A stretch of 48,575 bases of DNA. It comes from Bdellovibrionota bacterium (GTDB lineage: Bacteria; Bdellovibrionota_C; UBA2361; OMIW01). This document shows positions 38,439 through 48,575 of the stretch, piece by piece. The stretch is taken from contig JBIJBT010000008.1 in the NCBI GenBank assembly GCA_044345055.1, forward strand, positions 1 to 48,575, written 5' to 3'. Position 1 is the first letter of the stretch. Each line of letters starts with the position of its first letter. The position numbers and the translations under genes were made by a program. The notes under the pieces were generated by a model. It did no database searches. It saw only the letters and a program-made list of their open reading frames with translations, and was not told where the DNA came from.

Positions 38439-39311
38439 TTGCTTCCAAAATATCTCAATGATTCTGCTCTTCGTAATCTTGGGCTGCTTACTCTTCGCAG
38501 CCGTCGCACCCTTATGGGAATTACCCAGGGTACTCATATTTCTCTTAAACGAGGGCACGGTATTGAGTTTTCTGATTATCGAAACTATCAACCGGGAGAT
38601 AATCCCCGAGACATTGATTGGAATCTTTATGCTCGAAGCGATCGAATGTATGTGAAAACCTTCAACGAAGAGCAAAATCTTGCCGTCTATATAATCGTTG
38701 ATGGTAGTTGGTCGATGCGACTTCCGGAGAAGAGTAACAAATGGGACTTCACGGCAAGTGTGGCTCTTGGCCTTGCCTATGTCGCTCTTTCTCAGCGCGA
38801 TGAGGTATCTATCTCTGTTCTTGGATCAGGATCTCTTTTTAGAGTTCGATCTCTCGGCTCATTCGCTTCACTCGGTGATCTTTTTTATCGAGCACCCGAA
38901 AAAGAGCTAGACCCTGTTTCTGAATTTCGAGCATTTCTTGGACGGTTACGCGCCCCTGGAATCTTGATTTTTCTATCAGATTTTCTCTTTGAATCAAGTA
39001 TTCTTGAGAGTATTGCTCAACTTGCTCGCTCAAAAAATCTTGATACCTCCTTTATTCAAGTTTTGAGCAATTTTGATCGTGAGCCGTACAACTTTCCACT
39101 CAATGATGTTGTTGATGGAGAAACTGGTACGCGGGCCTCGCTCAGAAGCGAAATTGCCCCTCAAGAATTTGACGCACTTCTTGAGCAGCACAATAAAACT
39201 CTTCGAGACCTTCTTGCCGCCTCCACTATTAGGCTCGTTTCACCATCACTTCTGGATGACCCAATTTCATTTATTGGATCTCATCTTCATGAGGTGGGGA
39301 TGGTGGCATGA
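38439..39311 (+). CDS. DUF58 domain protein
   Basis: Contains G.GIEFSDYRNYQPGD..R.IDWN.YAR, VDGSWSM and LSDF; directly after moxR. Confidence 0.93.
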   Translation: MLPKYLNDSALRNLGLLTLRSRRTLMGITQGTHISLKRGHGIEFSDYRNYQPGDNPRDIDWNLYARSDRMYVKTFNEEQNLAVYIIVDGSWSMRLPEKSNKWDFTASVALGLAYVALSQRDEVSISVLGSGSLFRVRSLGSFASLGDLFYRAPEKELDPVSEFRAFLGRLRAPGILIFLSDFLFESSILESIAQLARSKNLDTSFIQVLSNFDREPYNFPLNDVVDGETGTRASLRSEIAPQEFDALLEQHNKTLRDLLAASTIRLVSPSLLDDPISFIGSHLHEVGMVA

Positions 39312-39365
39312 AGTGGGGGAAATCATGATGAGAGGTTTGATATCTATCCTATCAAGGGGTAACTA

Positions 39366-41192
39366 GTGATGAGTTTCGTTTACCCTTTCGTCCTTTTAGC
39401 CATTCCGGCGGGAGCTGGTCTCCTTCTGATGATATATCGGAGGAAATCTATCGGAGAACCAGCCCGCATACCGACCCTGTTTTTGCTCCGTCACTTCACG
39501 GCAGAAGGTGGAAGACCGAGAAAGATATTTCCACCAATTAGGTATTTTTTTGAACTTCTTATACTAGCGCTCTTAAGCCTAGCTGCTGCTGGAATAACCG
39601 CCGAAAGCGGAGGGAAACGATCGGTGCTCATCATCGACAATAGTTTTCAAACGTCAGCTGTGGCGCAATCCTCGTCGAGAGTCTTTGATGCCGTTACTGA
39701 GCGAGCACGTGAAGCGCTTAACACAACCCTAGCCTCTGATTCAGTACTCCTCATCGCAACATCTCCCCGACAGACAACATTTACAGAGGGATTTGTTTCG
39801 AGCGATGTGGCAACAAGAGAACTATCATCAATTGCACCTAATTATGCCGCTGGCGATCTCTCAACGACGATATCTACTGCGCTTAATCGTGGGGATGTGG
39901 ATCGAGTAGTTGTTGCGAGCGCTCAGCCTATCGAAGGTGACGAATCCGATCGGGACCGACTTATCCTTTTGAGTGTCGGTCTACCCGTTCTACAAAATGT
40001 AGCTATCGAGAAGCTCTGGAATAGTTCGGGTGCTGAAATATCAGCCCAAATTCGGTCATTTTCGTCAAATAAGACCGATGTTCAGGTCAGTTTTTCGGCA
40101 ATTGATAAATCCGGTGAGATATCTTCTGTTGTTCGTCGACAGGTAACTATTGATCCTGAAAAGAACGCGACAATTACCTTTCCGATATCCACAAAAAACG
40201 GTGTTGGCTATCGAGCAAGGATAGAATCTCCGGTAGTTGGGCAAGAAAACGCCCTTTCTGGAGATGATGAATCATGGATATCAACCAGTCACCCACCCAC
40301 AACAATAGGAGTTGTCTCGCATATCCCTCTTCGTGATTTAAATCTTAATCGAATTTTCGGATCGTCGCTTGAAGAGATATCCCCCTCGAATATAGATATA
40401 TCTCAGGAGCGAGTGAGCGGTTGGATATTTCATCGCACCGCACCCTCAAAACCAACTGGGAAGCCGACCCTCCTGATCCTACCCCCACCAGATTCAGCGA
40501 TTATCAGAAGCACTCCGTTCAGCAATCCGTGGAGCGTAGCGATTTGGGAATCATCCTCTCCCTTCTTCCGGTACCTTTCACCAGATACGCTTAAAGGCTC
40601 TGCTGGAGCATTGCTGGAGACTGGCTATACATTTACGCCACTCATGCGTGGAGAGAAGGGAACATTAATCGCTGAGAGCTTTCAATATGATACCCATACG
40701 CTCGTCCTTGGGTTTGAAGCTTTGCCATTTTTAGGAACAAAAAACGCCCCTTTAAGTATTTTGCTACTAAATATCATGCACCATCTTTTTCAAGATGTTG
40801 CTGGCGTTGAACTGAATCCTTTTAGGGGAGTCGCGTCACTGAAGGGTAAAAAAGCCCGTTATCTAATCTCATCCTCTCAATTAGGAGGAAGCGATCAACC
40901 AAATTCTCTCCCTGTCCCGGGATTAATCCAAATATCGAACGAAAAGCCAGATTCGAAGGGGGCCTCAGAAACAATTTCTAGTGTCAATTTTTTTGACGAA
41001 GCACAATCAAATCTTCTTGCGCGACGACCATTGAAGCTGTCTCCTCTAGTCTCTAATTCGGCCTCTCAAATTGAATCGATTGGCGGAATGTCTTTGGTGA
41101 ATCTATTTCTCAATATTCTTCTCATTCTAATCGCAGTGGATGGATTGTTTGGTTTTATATCACTCCTCCGTTCAAGGAGGCGCGTTACATGA
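39366..41192 (+). CDS. BatA-like N-terminal domain plus vWA-like membrane protein
   Basis: F.YP..LLAIP...PTL.LL N-terminus; LIIDNS (degenerate MIDAS); C-terminal TM. Confidence 0.8.
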   Translation: MMSFVYPFVLLAIPAGAGLLLMIYRRKSIGEPARIPTLFLLRHFTAEGGRPRKIFPPIRYFFELLILALLSLAAAGITAESGGKRSVLIIDNSFQTSAVAQSSSRVFDAVTERAREALNTTLASDSVLLIATSPRQTTFTEGFVSSDVATRELSSIAPNYAAGDLSTTISTALNRGDVDRVVVASAQPIEGDESDRDRLILLSVGLPVLQNVAIEKLWNSSGAEISAQIRSFSSNKTDVQVSFSAIDKSGEISSVVRRQVTIDPEKNATITFPISTKNGVGYRARIESPVVGQENALSGDDESWISTSHPPTTIGVVSHIPLRDLNLNRIFGSSLEEISPSNIDISQERVSGWIFHRTAPSKPTGKPTLLILPPPDSAIIRSTPFSNPWSVAIWESSSPFFRYLSPDTLKGSAGALLETGYTFTPLMRGEKGTLIAESFQYDTHTLVLGFEALPFLGTKNAPLSILLLNIMHHLFQDVAGVELNPFRGVASLKGKKARYLISSSQLGGSDQPNSLPVPGLIQISNEKPDSKGASETISSVNFFDEAQSNLLARRPLKLSPLVSNSASQIESIGGMSLVNLFLNILLILIAVDGLFGFISLLRSRRRVT

Positions 41193-43696
41193 TACCCGTT
41201 ACTTTTTCTTGGACGCCTCTCTTCTGGCTTGGGGTCGCCGCAGCTTGCGGTGTAATCTCTCGCGCTCTTAGTGAGCGTGTATATCTCTCATATCGAAGAG
41301 CGATAGCTGCGCTTCTTATGCTTGCTGCGATATCGTGTATAACGGTATCGCTCCTTAATCCAACAATTACAAGCACCGAGCGAAAAAGGGCATTAAATGG
41401 CCTTATCGATATCTCAGAGAGTATGGAAGGTGCTGCTGCTGATGATCTGATAGGGCGACTTAAAAGTTATAAGCCAGAATCGCTTCGCGCATTCGCAAAA
41501 GAGGTGTCCCCAATCTTTACTGGAATCTCTTCACTCTCTGAAATAAGAGCGAGTAATCGCGGTATACCGACATCTCGCTCAGAGCTAGGTAAGGCTCTCG
41601 AAGTATCGCATGGAGCGCCGATTATTCTTGTTTCTGATGGATGGATAACAGGCTCTCGAGAAGAGGAGCTGCTCTCTATTGCTAGGGACCAGGGCACAGC
41701 TATCTTTCCACTAATTCCCGAAAATGCTGAGCAAAAAAAAGAACCCGCTCTGGAAGTGTCTAATCTGAATATTCCTTTTCAAGCTCCAGCGAAAACGAGT
41801 GTCGCAATTCGCACAGCAATAAAAAATGAAACAGAACAGCCTAAACGGGGCACCCTTGTGATTAGGGACGGTGGAAAACCGGTATTCGAGAGTTCAGTTA
41901 TAGTACCGCCCCTCGAGGAAGTACCATTTTCAGCCAAGAGTAATAGTGAGCAGGAGGGGCTGCATAAAGTTGAAGTTATTTTTACTCCAGACGATAAAAA
42001 CTTTTTGCCGTCGCAGAGGTCAGCTCTTATCAACAGTCAGAAACGAGAGCGAATTCTTCTGCTCAATAGCTCTGTCGCAGAGGGTGCCACATTACAGCGG
42101 CTTCTTGATTCGCAAGCGTACGACCTGACATCACTGGTAATAGGCTCACAAACGGTACCCTCTTTTTCTGAGTTTTCCGCTGTAATTCTGAATAATGTTT
42201 CTGCTAAATCCCTTGGAACAGCTCGCCTTGATTCCCTAATTCCATTCATAGAGCGGGGAGGCGGGCTGATTATGGTGGGTGGAAATCAGAGCTTTGGCCT
42301 TGGTGGTTATCGGGGTTCAGTGCTTGAACCGTACCTTCCCGTTACCCTCGTTCCGCCCCGTGTCGCACAAAAGAGGCTCAACTCTGCAGTAGCGCTCGTG
42401 ATCGACAAATCAAATAGTATGGGTGAGCTTCGTAAGCTTGATTATGCGAAAGAGGCAGCAGAGGAGGTAGTTCGGAATCTAAAAGATGATGACTACCTTG
42501 GGGTGATCGGTTTCGACCAACTTCCCTTTGTCGTCGTTAAGATGAACCAGTTGCGGGTTAATAGAGCTCAGGCACTCGAGCGAATTAAATTTCTTTATCC
42601 GAAATTAGGAACTAATCTTGTACCCGCTATGGATGAGGCACGTAGGCAACTTGCGCGTGCTCAGGCGGGTCGAAAACATATTATCGTACTGACTGATGGA
42701 ATGCTTCGAGCAAATCAAGACTTTCTCATACAAATGTCTGAAGAGCTTCGGAGTGAAGGAGTAACAACGAGCACTGTTCTTGTCGGACTCTATCAGGACA
42801 ATACGATGGCAGAGATGGCTCGTATGGGAGGTGGAACGTATCATCAAACGAACGATCCGACTGCATTACCAAGAATTTTTCTCTCTGATATTAAGGTAAA
42901 TGCGGGAGAAAAAACTTTGCGAGAAACGTCTGATTACGGCGTCTTTCGTAAAGATATAACCTCTCCCATAACAAGCTCACCAACATTCCCGCCGATTCAG
43001 GGGTTCGTTGAAACAGCTCCAAAGGAGGGTGCTGCTTTGGAAATCGCAATCGCCGCAGAAGAGGGAGAGCGGCCTCTCTTGGCATCTTGGACCCGTGGTA
43101 AAGGACGTGTAGTTGCACTGACAACCGATGCAGCCGGTCGCTGGACTTCCGACTGGGTTAAATGGCCCAAATTAGCTCAATTTTGGACCGATCTCATTTC
43201 AGCAGCGCGTGGCGAAAGCGCAACTGACACCGAAATTCGTTACGATCTTTCCGTGAATCAACGCTACGGGATCGTCGAGCTCGATGTTGCTCTCTACACC
43301 GACAAAGCGGCTCGAGAATTTTCAGCAAAAGTTAACGGCACACCTATTGTTTTCGAAACTGTAGCTCCCGGTCACCTTCAAGCAATTCTGCGTGATCCTA
43401 GCCCTGGAACCCATTTGTTCCAACCATCTGTCGGAAAAAAATCGTTACCCGAATCATCCTTTGAGGTAGATGATTCCTTAATCGGAGAGCAAGCTGATCG
43501 TGGATTCAATATACCCTTGTTGAAACGGCTCGCAGAGAGCTCTGGTGGGCTCGTTAATCCAAGCGAAGCTTACCTTAGCCAACTCAGCACCGAGAAAGTT
43601 TCTTCGCAATCGTTCTCTTCAATTCTTCTTTTTTCTGCCCTAGCCCTTTTTCTTTCATCGTTCGCGATACGATGGTGGGACACTAAAAAGCGATAA
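41189..43696 (+). CDS. Membrane protein with two vWA domains and a class I glutamine-amidotransferase-like domain
   Basis: Two DxSxS motifs (DISES, DKSNS), IVLTDG, GGGLIMVGG..SFG.GGY and PLLASW..GKGRV. Confidence 0.88.
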   Translation: MIPVTFSWTPLFWLGVAAACGVISRALSERVYLSYRRAIAALLMLAAISCITVSLLNPTITSTERKRALNGLIDISESMEGAAADDLIGRLKSYKPESLRAFAKEVSPIFTGISSLSEIRASNRGIPTSRSELGKALEVSHGAPIILVSDGWITGSREEELLSIARDQGTAIFPLIPENAEQKKEPALEVSNLNIPFQAPAKTSVAIRTAIKNETEQPKRGTLVIRDGGKPVFESSVIVPPLEEVPFSAKSNSEQEGLHKVEVIFTPDDKNFLPSQRSALINSQKRERILLLNSSVAEGATLQRLLDSQAYDLTSLVIGSQTVPSFSEFSAVILNNVSAKSLGTARLDSLIPFIERGGGLIMVGGNQSFGLGGYRGSVLEPYLPVTLVPPRVAQKRLNSAVALVIDKSNSMGELRKLDYAKEAAEEVVRNLKDDDYLGVIGFDQLPFVVVKMNQLRVNRAQALERIKFLYPKLGTNLVPAMDEARRQLARAQAGRKHIIVLTDGMLRANQDFLIQMSEELRSEGVTTSTVLVGLYQDNTMAEMARMGGGTYHQTNDPTALPRIFLSDIKVNAGEKTLRETSDYGVFRKDITSPITSSPTFPPIQGFVETAPKEGAALEIAIAAEEGERPLLASWTRGKGRVVALTTDAAGRWTSDWVKWPKLAQFWTDLISAARGESATDTEIRYDLSVNQRYGIVELDVALYTDKAAREFSAKVNGTPIVFETVAPGHLQAILRDPSPGTHLFQPSVGKKSLPESSFEVDDSLIGEQADRGFNIPLLKRLAESSGGLVNPSEAYLSQLSTEKVSSQSFSSILLFSALALFLSSFAIRWWDTKKR

Positions 43697-43965
43697 CGGT
43701 TTGAGAGTTTGGCTACAATGCATAATCACCCATTTTTTCCGAGTAATTAACGCATCTCTAAAATCGCTTTTTTCGACCGCTTAACTCGTGGCTTTTTTTT
43801 CTAAACTTGGCTAGGATGCGAGTGAAAGGCCAACCGCCTTCGCTGGCGAGTGCCGAAATTTGGCGCCCGGCGAGCACTCCTTGCCGCCTCGGCGTTACAA
43901 CGTAACAGCCTCTTCCTGTGATTTTTTCGGGATCGGCTTAAGACGGGCGAAAGGACCAAAGAGCG

Positions 43966-45795
43966 ATGAAAGCACCTTCATATGTGACGAACCAAGAGCT
44001 TCTACATTGGGTCGAAGAGGTGGCGGCTCTCACTAAGCCAAAAGATATTTACTGGTGTGATGGATCTGAGGAAGAGTACTCAAATCTCTGTCAGCGCCTC
44101 GTTGATTCTGGCACCTTCAAAAAACTAAATCCCGTAAAACGCCCAAACTCTTACCTCGCTTGGTCGGATCCCTCAGATGTTGCGCGTGTTGAGGACCAGA
44201 CCTTTATTAACGCAATTCGCAAGAGCGATGCTGGTCCAACTAATAACTGGCGCGATCCAAAAGAGATGAAGTCAACCCTCAACCATCTCTTCGATGGATG
44301 TATGGCGGGACGCACGATGTATGTCATTCCATTTAGCATGGGGCCGATCGGATCTAATATCTCGCACATTGGGGTCGAGATATCTGATAGTGCATACGTT
44401 GCGGTAAACATGAAGATCATGACCCGCATGGGTCGTGCCGTATTGAATGCACTAGGAGATGGATCTTTTGTTCGATGTCTCCACTCAGTGGGCGCACCCC
44501 TTGCTGCGGGGGCAAAAGATGTTCCTTGGCCGTGCAACCCAGAGACAAAATACATCTGTCACTTCCCCGAAGAAAAGATGATTATCTCGTACGGCTCTGG
44601 GTACGGAGGTAACGCACTTCTTGGGAAAAAATGCTTTGCCCTTCGGATCGCATCTTCAATGGCGCGAGAGCAAAACTGGCTCGCCGAACACATGCTTATT
44701 CTTGGGGTTGAATCGCCCACTAAAGAAAAAACCTACGTTGCTGCGGCATTTCCATCTGCCTGTGGAAAAACGAACTTCGCGATGCTTGTTCCTCCCAAGG
44801 AGATGGATGGATGGAAGGTGAGCTGTATCGGAGACGATATTGCGTGGATTAAACCTGACGAGTCGGGGCATTTGCGTGGTATTAATCCTGAAGCTGGATT
44901 CTTTGGAGTCGCACCAGGAACCAACTACGAAACAAACCCCAACGCGATGGCTACCATCGAGAAAAACACCATCTTCACTAACGTCGCCCTCACTCCAGAT
45001 GGTGATGTGTGGTGGGAGGGGATGTCAAAAGAGGCGCCCGAGGGATTGATCGATTGGCGAGGACAACCGTACGACAAAGCAAACGGTAAGCCAGCAGCGC
45101 ATCCAAACGCGCGGTTCACCGCACCTGCGTCTCAGTGTCCCGTTATCGACCCAGCGTGGGAGGATCCTGCTGGTGTGCCTATCAGCGCTCTTATCTTTGG
45201 AGGTCGCCGAAGCACCACAGTTCCTCTCGTGTATCAGGCATTTAACTGGAATTACGGAGTATACGCCGCAGCAACAATGGGCTCAGAGACCACTGCAGCT
45301 GCGATGGGTCAACAGGGTGTAGTGCGCCGCGACCCATTCGCGATGCTTCCATTCATGGGTTATCACGCCGGTGATTACTTCAACCATTGGTTAAATTTCG
45401 GAAGAAACTTGCCAAATCCTCCCCGCATCTTCGGCGTTAACTGGTTCCGCAAAGATGAAAACGGAAAATTTCTGTGGCCCGGCTTCGGCGAAAATATGCG
45501 AATCCTGAAGTGGATCGTCGACCGAACTCACGGCCGCGTCACCGCGATAGAGAGCCCATTAGGCTGGGTACCTCGATTCGACGATATCGATTGGCGAGGT
45601 TCTCATTACTCAAGGGAGCAGTTTCAGGCCGCAATGTCAGTCGATGCAGAGCTCTGGAAGCAGGAAATCCTCTCACACGAGAGCCTATTTTCGGCGCTCT
45701 ACGACAAGCTTCCCAAAGAGTTCATTCTCATAAGGGAGCTCATTCTCTCAGCACTATGGCGCTCACCGGAGAAGTGGGTAGTTGCCGCTGAGTAG
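43966..45795 (+). CDS. pckG: Phosphoenolpyruvate carboxykinase (GTP)
   Basis: Contains [43 protein letters not shown] and HPNARF. Confidence 0.98.
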   Translation: MKAPSYVTNQELLHWVEEVAALTKPKDIYWCDGSEEEYSNLCQRLVDSGTFKKLNPVKRPNSYLAWSDPSDVARVEDQTFINAIRKSDAGPTNNWRDPKEMKSTLNHLFDGCMAGRTMYVIPFSMGPIGSNISHIGVEISDSAYVAVNMKIMTRMGRAVLNALGDGSFVRCLHSVGAPLAAGAKDVPWPCNPETKYICHFPEEKMIISYGSGYGGNALLGKKCFALRIASSMAREQNWLAEHMLILGVESPTKEKTYVAAAFPSACGKTNFAMLVPPKEMDGWKVSCIGDDIAWIKPDESGHLRGINPEAGFFGVAPGTNYETNPNAMATIEKNTIFTNVALTPDGDVWWEGMSKEAPEGLIDWRGQPYDKANGKPAAHPNARFTAPASQCPVIDPAWEDPAGVPISALIFGGRRSTTVPLVYQAFNWNYGVYAAATMGSETTAAAMGQQGVVRRDPFAMLPFMGYHAGDYFNHWLNFGRNLPNPPRIFGVNWFRKDENGKFLWPGFGENMRILKWIVDRTHGRVTAIESPLGWVPRFDDIDWRGSHYSREQFQAAMSVDAELWKQEILSHESLFSALYDKLPKEFILIRELILSALWRSPEKWVVAAE

Positions 45796-45832
45796 GGGTA
45801 AGGAGCGGCTTAAGTTGTTACATCGTAAGTGG

Positions 45833-45866
45833 AGCCAAATAGGGGATCTTGACCCTCTATTTGGCT
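45833..45866 (+). terminator. 13-bp hairpin downstream of pckG (possible terminator or 3' stabiliser; no U-tract)
   Basis: AGCCAAATAGGGG...CCTCTATTTGGCT with one G.U pair. Confidence 0.5.
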
Positions 45867-46055
45867 AAGAGCCGAAAGTTCCCCACTAAATCAACACTCC
45901 TATCCTCCTCAAGCATCAGAAAAAAATCCGATCCCCTAAGACACTGACAGATCGGAATCCTTGAGCCGAAATTTCAAAAAAATTCAAAAGTAGCTCGATA
46001 CTTTCCAACAAAAATCCCCGTAGCCACAAGATCTCCTCTCAGCTACCCTAGTGCC

Positions 46056-47138
46056 ATGACTGCTCGCACAAAAAAATCCGCTAGCCACGATTTCCTCTTT
46101 CAGCTTCTCTCTACCCCATCGCCAACAGGGTATGAGGTCCCTATTCAACGGGTTGTTCGCTCCTATATAGAGCCCTTCGCCGATACCATTACGATTGATC
46201 TCCACGGCAATCTAACAGCGGCTATTAATCCAAATGCATCAAAGCGAATTATGCTCGCTGGACATTGCGATCAGATAGGGCTCACGATCCGACACATTAC
46301 AAAAGAGGGATTTCTCCTTGTTGATAAGCTCGGAGGAATAGATGTGGGAGTTCTATTTGGGGCGCGAGTTTCAGTTCTCGCAAAAAAAGGCCCTCTGGTT
46401 GGAGTTATCGGACGAAAACCAATTCATCTCCAATCGGGTGATGAGCGGGCCAAGGTACAACTTGATTTAGAGAAGGTTTGGATCGATATCGGTGCAAAAG
46501 ATAAAGCTGATGCTGAGAAATTTGTTCAGATTGGAGATGCGATCATATTTGAGCCGACTCCTATAGCGCTAAAAAATAACCTTATTACTGGTGCGGGGCT
46601 CGATAATCGGGTTGGTTTGTACGTTGTTATCGAGACGCTTCGTCGTCTAAAGGGAACACGCCTTCCAGTCGGACTTTACTCGGTAAGTACCGTTCAGGAA
46701 GAGGTGGGTTTGCGTGGAGCACGAACCGCTGCTACAGCTATAAATCCAGAGGTTGGAATCGCGGTTGATGTTACCCATGCGAATGATAATCCAGGGAACG
46801 ATGGATCAAAGTGCGAGAGCTGTAAACTCGGTGGCGGACCAACGATTGCTCGGGGTCCTAATATAAATCCAGTCGTCGAGGAGCGGCTCCTTGCTGCTGC
46901 CAAGAAAAGTAAAGTTCCCCATCAACTCGCTCCCGGTGGAGGATTGCTCGGAAACGATGCAAACGCGATGCAGGTTGCAAGAGGCGGCGGAGTCGCTACC
47001 GGGGCCCTCGGTATTCCCAACCGCTACATGCATACCCAGGTGGAAGTGTGTCAACTCGACGATCTTGAGAACGCAATAGAGCTGCTATGTGCGTTCATTA
47101 AAGATATTAAAGCGACCACTGATTTCACCCCTCGATGA
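46056..47138 (+). CDS. M42-family (TET-like) aminopeptidase
   Basis: Metal-ligand motifs GHCDQIG, LDNRVG, QEEVGLRGA, AVDVT and RYMHT. Confidence 0.95.
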   Translation: MTARTKKSASHDFLFQLLSTPSPTGYEVPIQRVVRSYIEPFADTITIDLHGNLTAAINPNASKRIMLAGHCDQIGLTIRHITKEGFLLVDKLGGIDVGVLFGARVSVLAKKGPLVGVIGRKPIHLQSGDERAKVQLDLEKVWIDIGAKDKADAEKFVQIGDAIIFEPTPIALKNNLITGAGLDNRVGLYVVIETLRRLKGTRLPVGLYSVSTVQEEVGLRGARTAATAINPEVGIAVDVTHANDNPGNDGSKCESCKLGGGPTIARGPNINPVVEERLLAAAKKSKVPHQLAPGGGLLGNDANAMQVARGGGVATGALGIPNRYMHTQVEVCQLDDLENAIELLCAFIKDIKATTDFTPR

Positions 47139-47171
47139 TACCGCAGTTGGGTGATACCTCAGAATGTTGAA

Positions 47172-47573
47172 TTATCGGACCGATATTGGATTATTTTCGT
47201 GGTCGACGGCGACCATGACAACCTCTGCGGATGTCACTGAGCAGGTCGTAATCGAATCAACTCCTCGCTGTGCTTCAACCTCAACCCGCACTGCTACAGA
47301 AGTCGTTCCAACTCGTAAAGTTGACGTGTAGAAACTTACTGAGTCCCCAACAAATACCGGCGAAACAAAATTAACCTCGCGCATCACCTTGGTTACGTAC
47401 CGTTTTGGAGAGATTGTTCGAGCGTGTTGACCAGCGGCAAGGTCAATAAGACTAAGGATGTGCCCTCCGAATACACTTCCGAGCGCATTGGTATCGCGAG
47501 GCATCATTACCGAGCGAATTGCAAGGTAGCGAGACGAGGGGCTTTCAATTGGTGGGGTCGTTGGCTGTGACAT
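47172..47573 (-). CDS. Acyl-CoA thioesterase, hot-dog fold (YciA-like)
   Basis: Contains MPRDTN..GSVFGG.ILS.ID, PVFVGD, VGTTS and VAVD. Confidence 0.93.
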   Translation of the reverse strand: MSQPTTPPIESPSSRYLAIRSVMMPRDTNALGSVFGGHILSLIDLAAGQHARTISPKRYVTKVMREVNFVSPVFVGDSVSFYTSTLRVGTTSVAVRVEVEAQRGVDSITTCSVTSAEVVMVAVDHENNPISVR

Positions 47574-47703
47574 ATAAAATCAACTCAATTTTTGTCGCAA
47601 AAAAATCAATTGTCGGCGTATCTGTATATGATTACGATCTACTCGGAACGGGAATACGTAGCCTAATCAGTAAAATCCTCCCTAACCGATGGAGACACTT
47701 CCG

Positions 47704-48321
47704 ATGAGCACTTCACCTTCCTTAACAGCATCGTTTATGCGCGTCTTACTGTCTACCCTGCTCTTGATTTCCACTTCACCATCTGTTGGACTTTGTGAAG
47801 AGCTAAAAGATATTCTCAGTCGAGTCCAGAAATTTGCCGATGAAAAAAACTTCCCAAAGGCTCTTGATGAATTGAACTGGGTCCAAAAAGAGCTTCAAAA
47901 AGGACATAGTAAAGAACTTGAGCGATTCTTCCCGAATGACATTAAGGGCTTTAAGGGGGATAAGATTAAGGCAAATGCGGCACTAGGATTTTCTCAGGTT
48001 GATCGCTCTTATACCTCTGGTGAAAAAACTATAAATGTTTCACTTACTGGCGGATCGTCTGGCGGCGGCCTTGGAAATCTCGGACAATTAGGAAAATTTG
48101 CTGCGATGATGGGCTCCGAATCTGGGCAGGAAGTCGTCCGTATTCAGGGGAAAACCGCTCAGCTAGAGGGAGACGAAGAGTCATCTTATTCCCTCTCTAT
48201 ATTTCTTGAATCAGGCGGAATCCTAAAGCTTGACGCTACCTCTGACGTGACGGCGGATCAGCTCAAAGAGTTTGCTGAATCCCTGATGCTTGAGCAGTTG
48301 GATAAGTATCTGAAGGGGTAG
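47704..48321 (+). CDS. Secreted/periplasmic hypothetical protein
   Basis: Hydrophobic signal-like N-terminus; GGAG upstream of the ATG at 47704; Gly-rich GGLGNLGQLG..AAMMG segment. Confidence 0.75.
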   Translation: MSTSPSLTASFMRVLLSTLLLISTSPSVGLCEELKDILSRVQKFADEKNFPKALDELNWVQKELQKGHSKELERFFPNDIKGFKGDKIKANAALGFSQVDRSYTSGEKTINVSLTGGSSGGGLGNLGQLGKFAAMMGSESGQEVVRIQGKTAQLEGDEESSYSLSIFLESGGILKLDATSDVTADQLKEFAESLMLEQLDKYLKG

Positions 48322-48545
48322 GGGACCGATCTGGGGTGGAAAAGGAAATTCTAAATTTGGTAGCTATGAATCTCAGAATCTTAACTTTTCAGCCCCACTA
48401 GATGCAAAAGGAGGGTTGAACGGATATACTTGAGTTGTTGTCGCCGACATTTTCTGTTGGGGGAAGAGCTAGCCGCCAAAAGTCTAATTAGGTCGCTGAC
48501 GAGGGAGTTGAGGCTCTCGTAGGTAATCCTGACTACTGAGTTGGC

Positions 48546-48575
48546 CCTGAAAAACCCCTCCATGGGTTTTTCAGG
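48546..48575. repeat. Perfect 12-bp inverted repeat at the window edge
   Basis: CCTGAAAAACCC-ctccat-GGGTTTTTCAGG; may extend beyond the window. Confidence 0.7.

Noticed and set aside
48381..48563. 60-aa minus-strand ORF
   Set aside because: Its start lies in the inverted repeat, there is no SD, and it has no recognisable features.

Overview
Gene-dense core chromosomal window. Gene order (parA-parB-atpF'FHAGDC without atpB/atpE) suggests a deltaproteobacterial-type (Bdellovibrionota/Desulfobacterota-like) bacterium; this assignment is inference. In order, it holds: the end of a surface-glycan cluster, an orphan ORF, recJ, rppH, a stand-alone divergent GspE/PilB ATPase, the ATP synthase operon with a short epsilon subunit, parAB with two parS sites, an alpha-oxoamine-synthase homologue lacking its PLP lysine, a UbiB/ABC1 kinase, frameshifted prfB, a minor-pilin cluster, ybeY-phoH-alaS-cinA, ruvX-mltG, a MoxR/DUF58/vWA cluster, GTP-PEPCK, an M42 peptidase and a hot-dog thioesterase. 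I saw no rRNA, tRNA, CRISPR array or mobile element. The best leads are: (1) a full-length but catalytically disarmed BioF/SPT-like protein resembling the eukaryotic LCB1 subunit; (2) ruvX apparently initiating at AUU; (3) an epsilon subunit with no C-terminal regulatory helices; (4) recA/recX absent from the cinA-alaS interval; (5) a G9 tract in the PilX-like gene; (6) structured leaders upstream of pckG and of the PilB-like gene. All calls come from reading motifs by eye; no searches were run.
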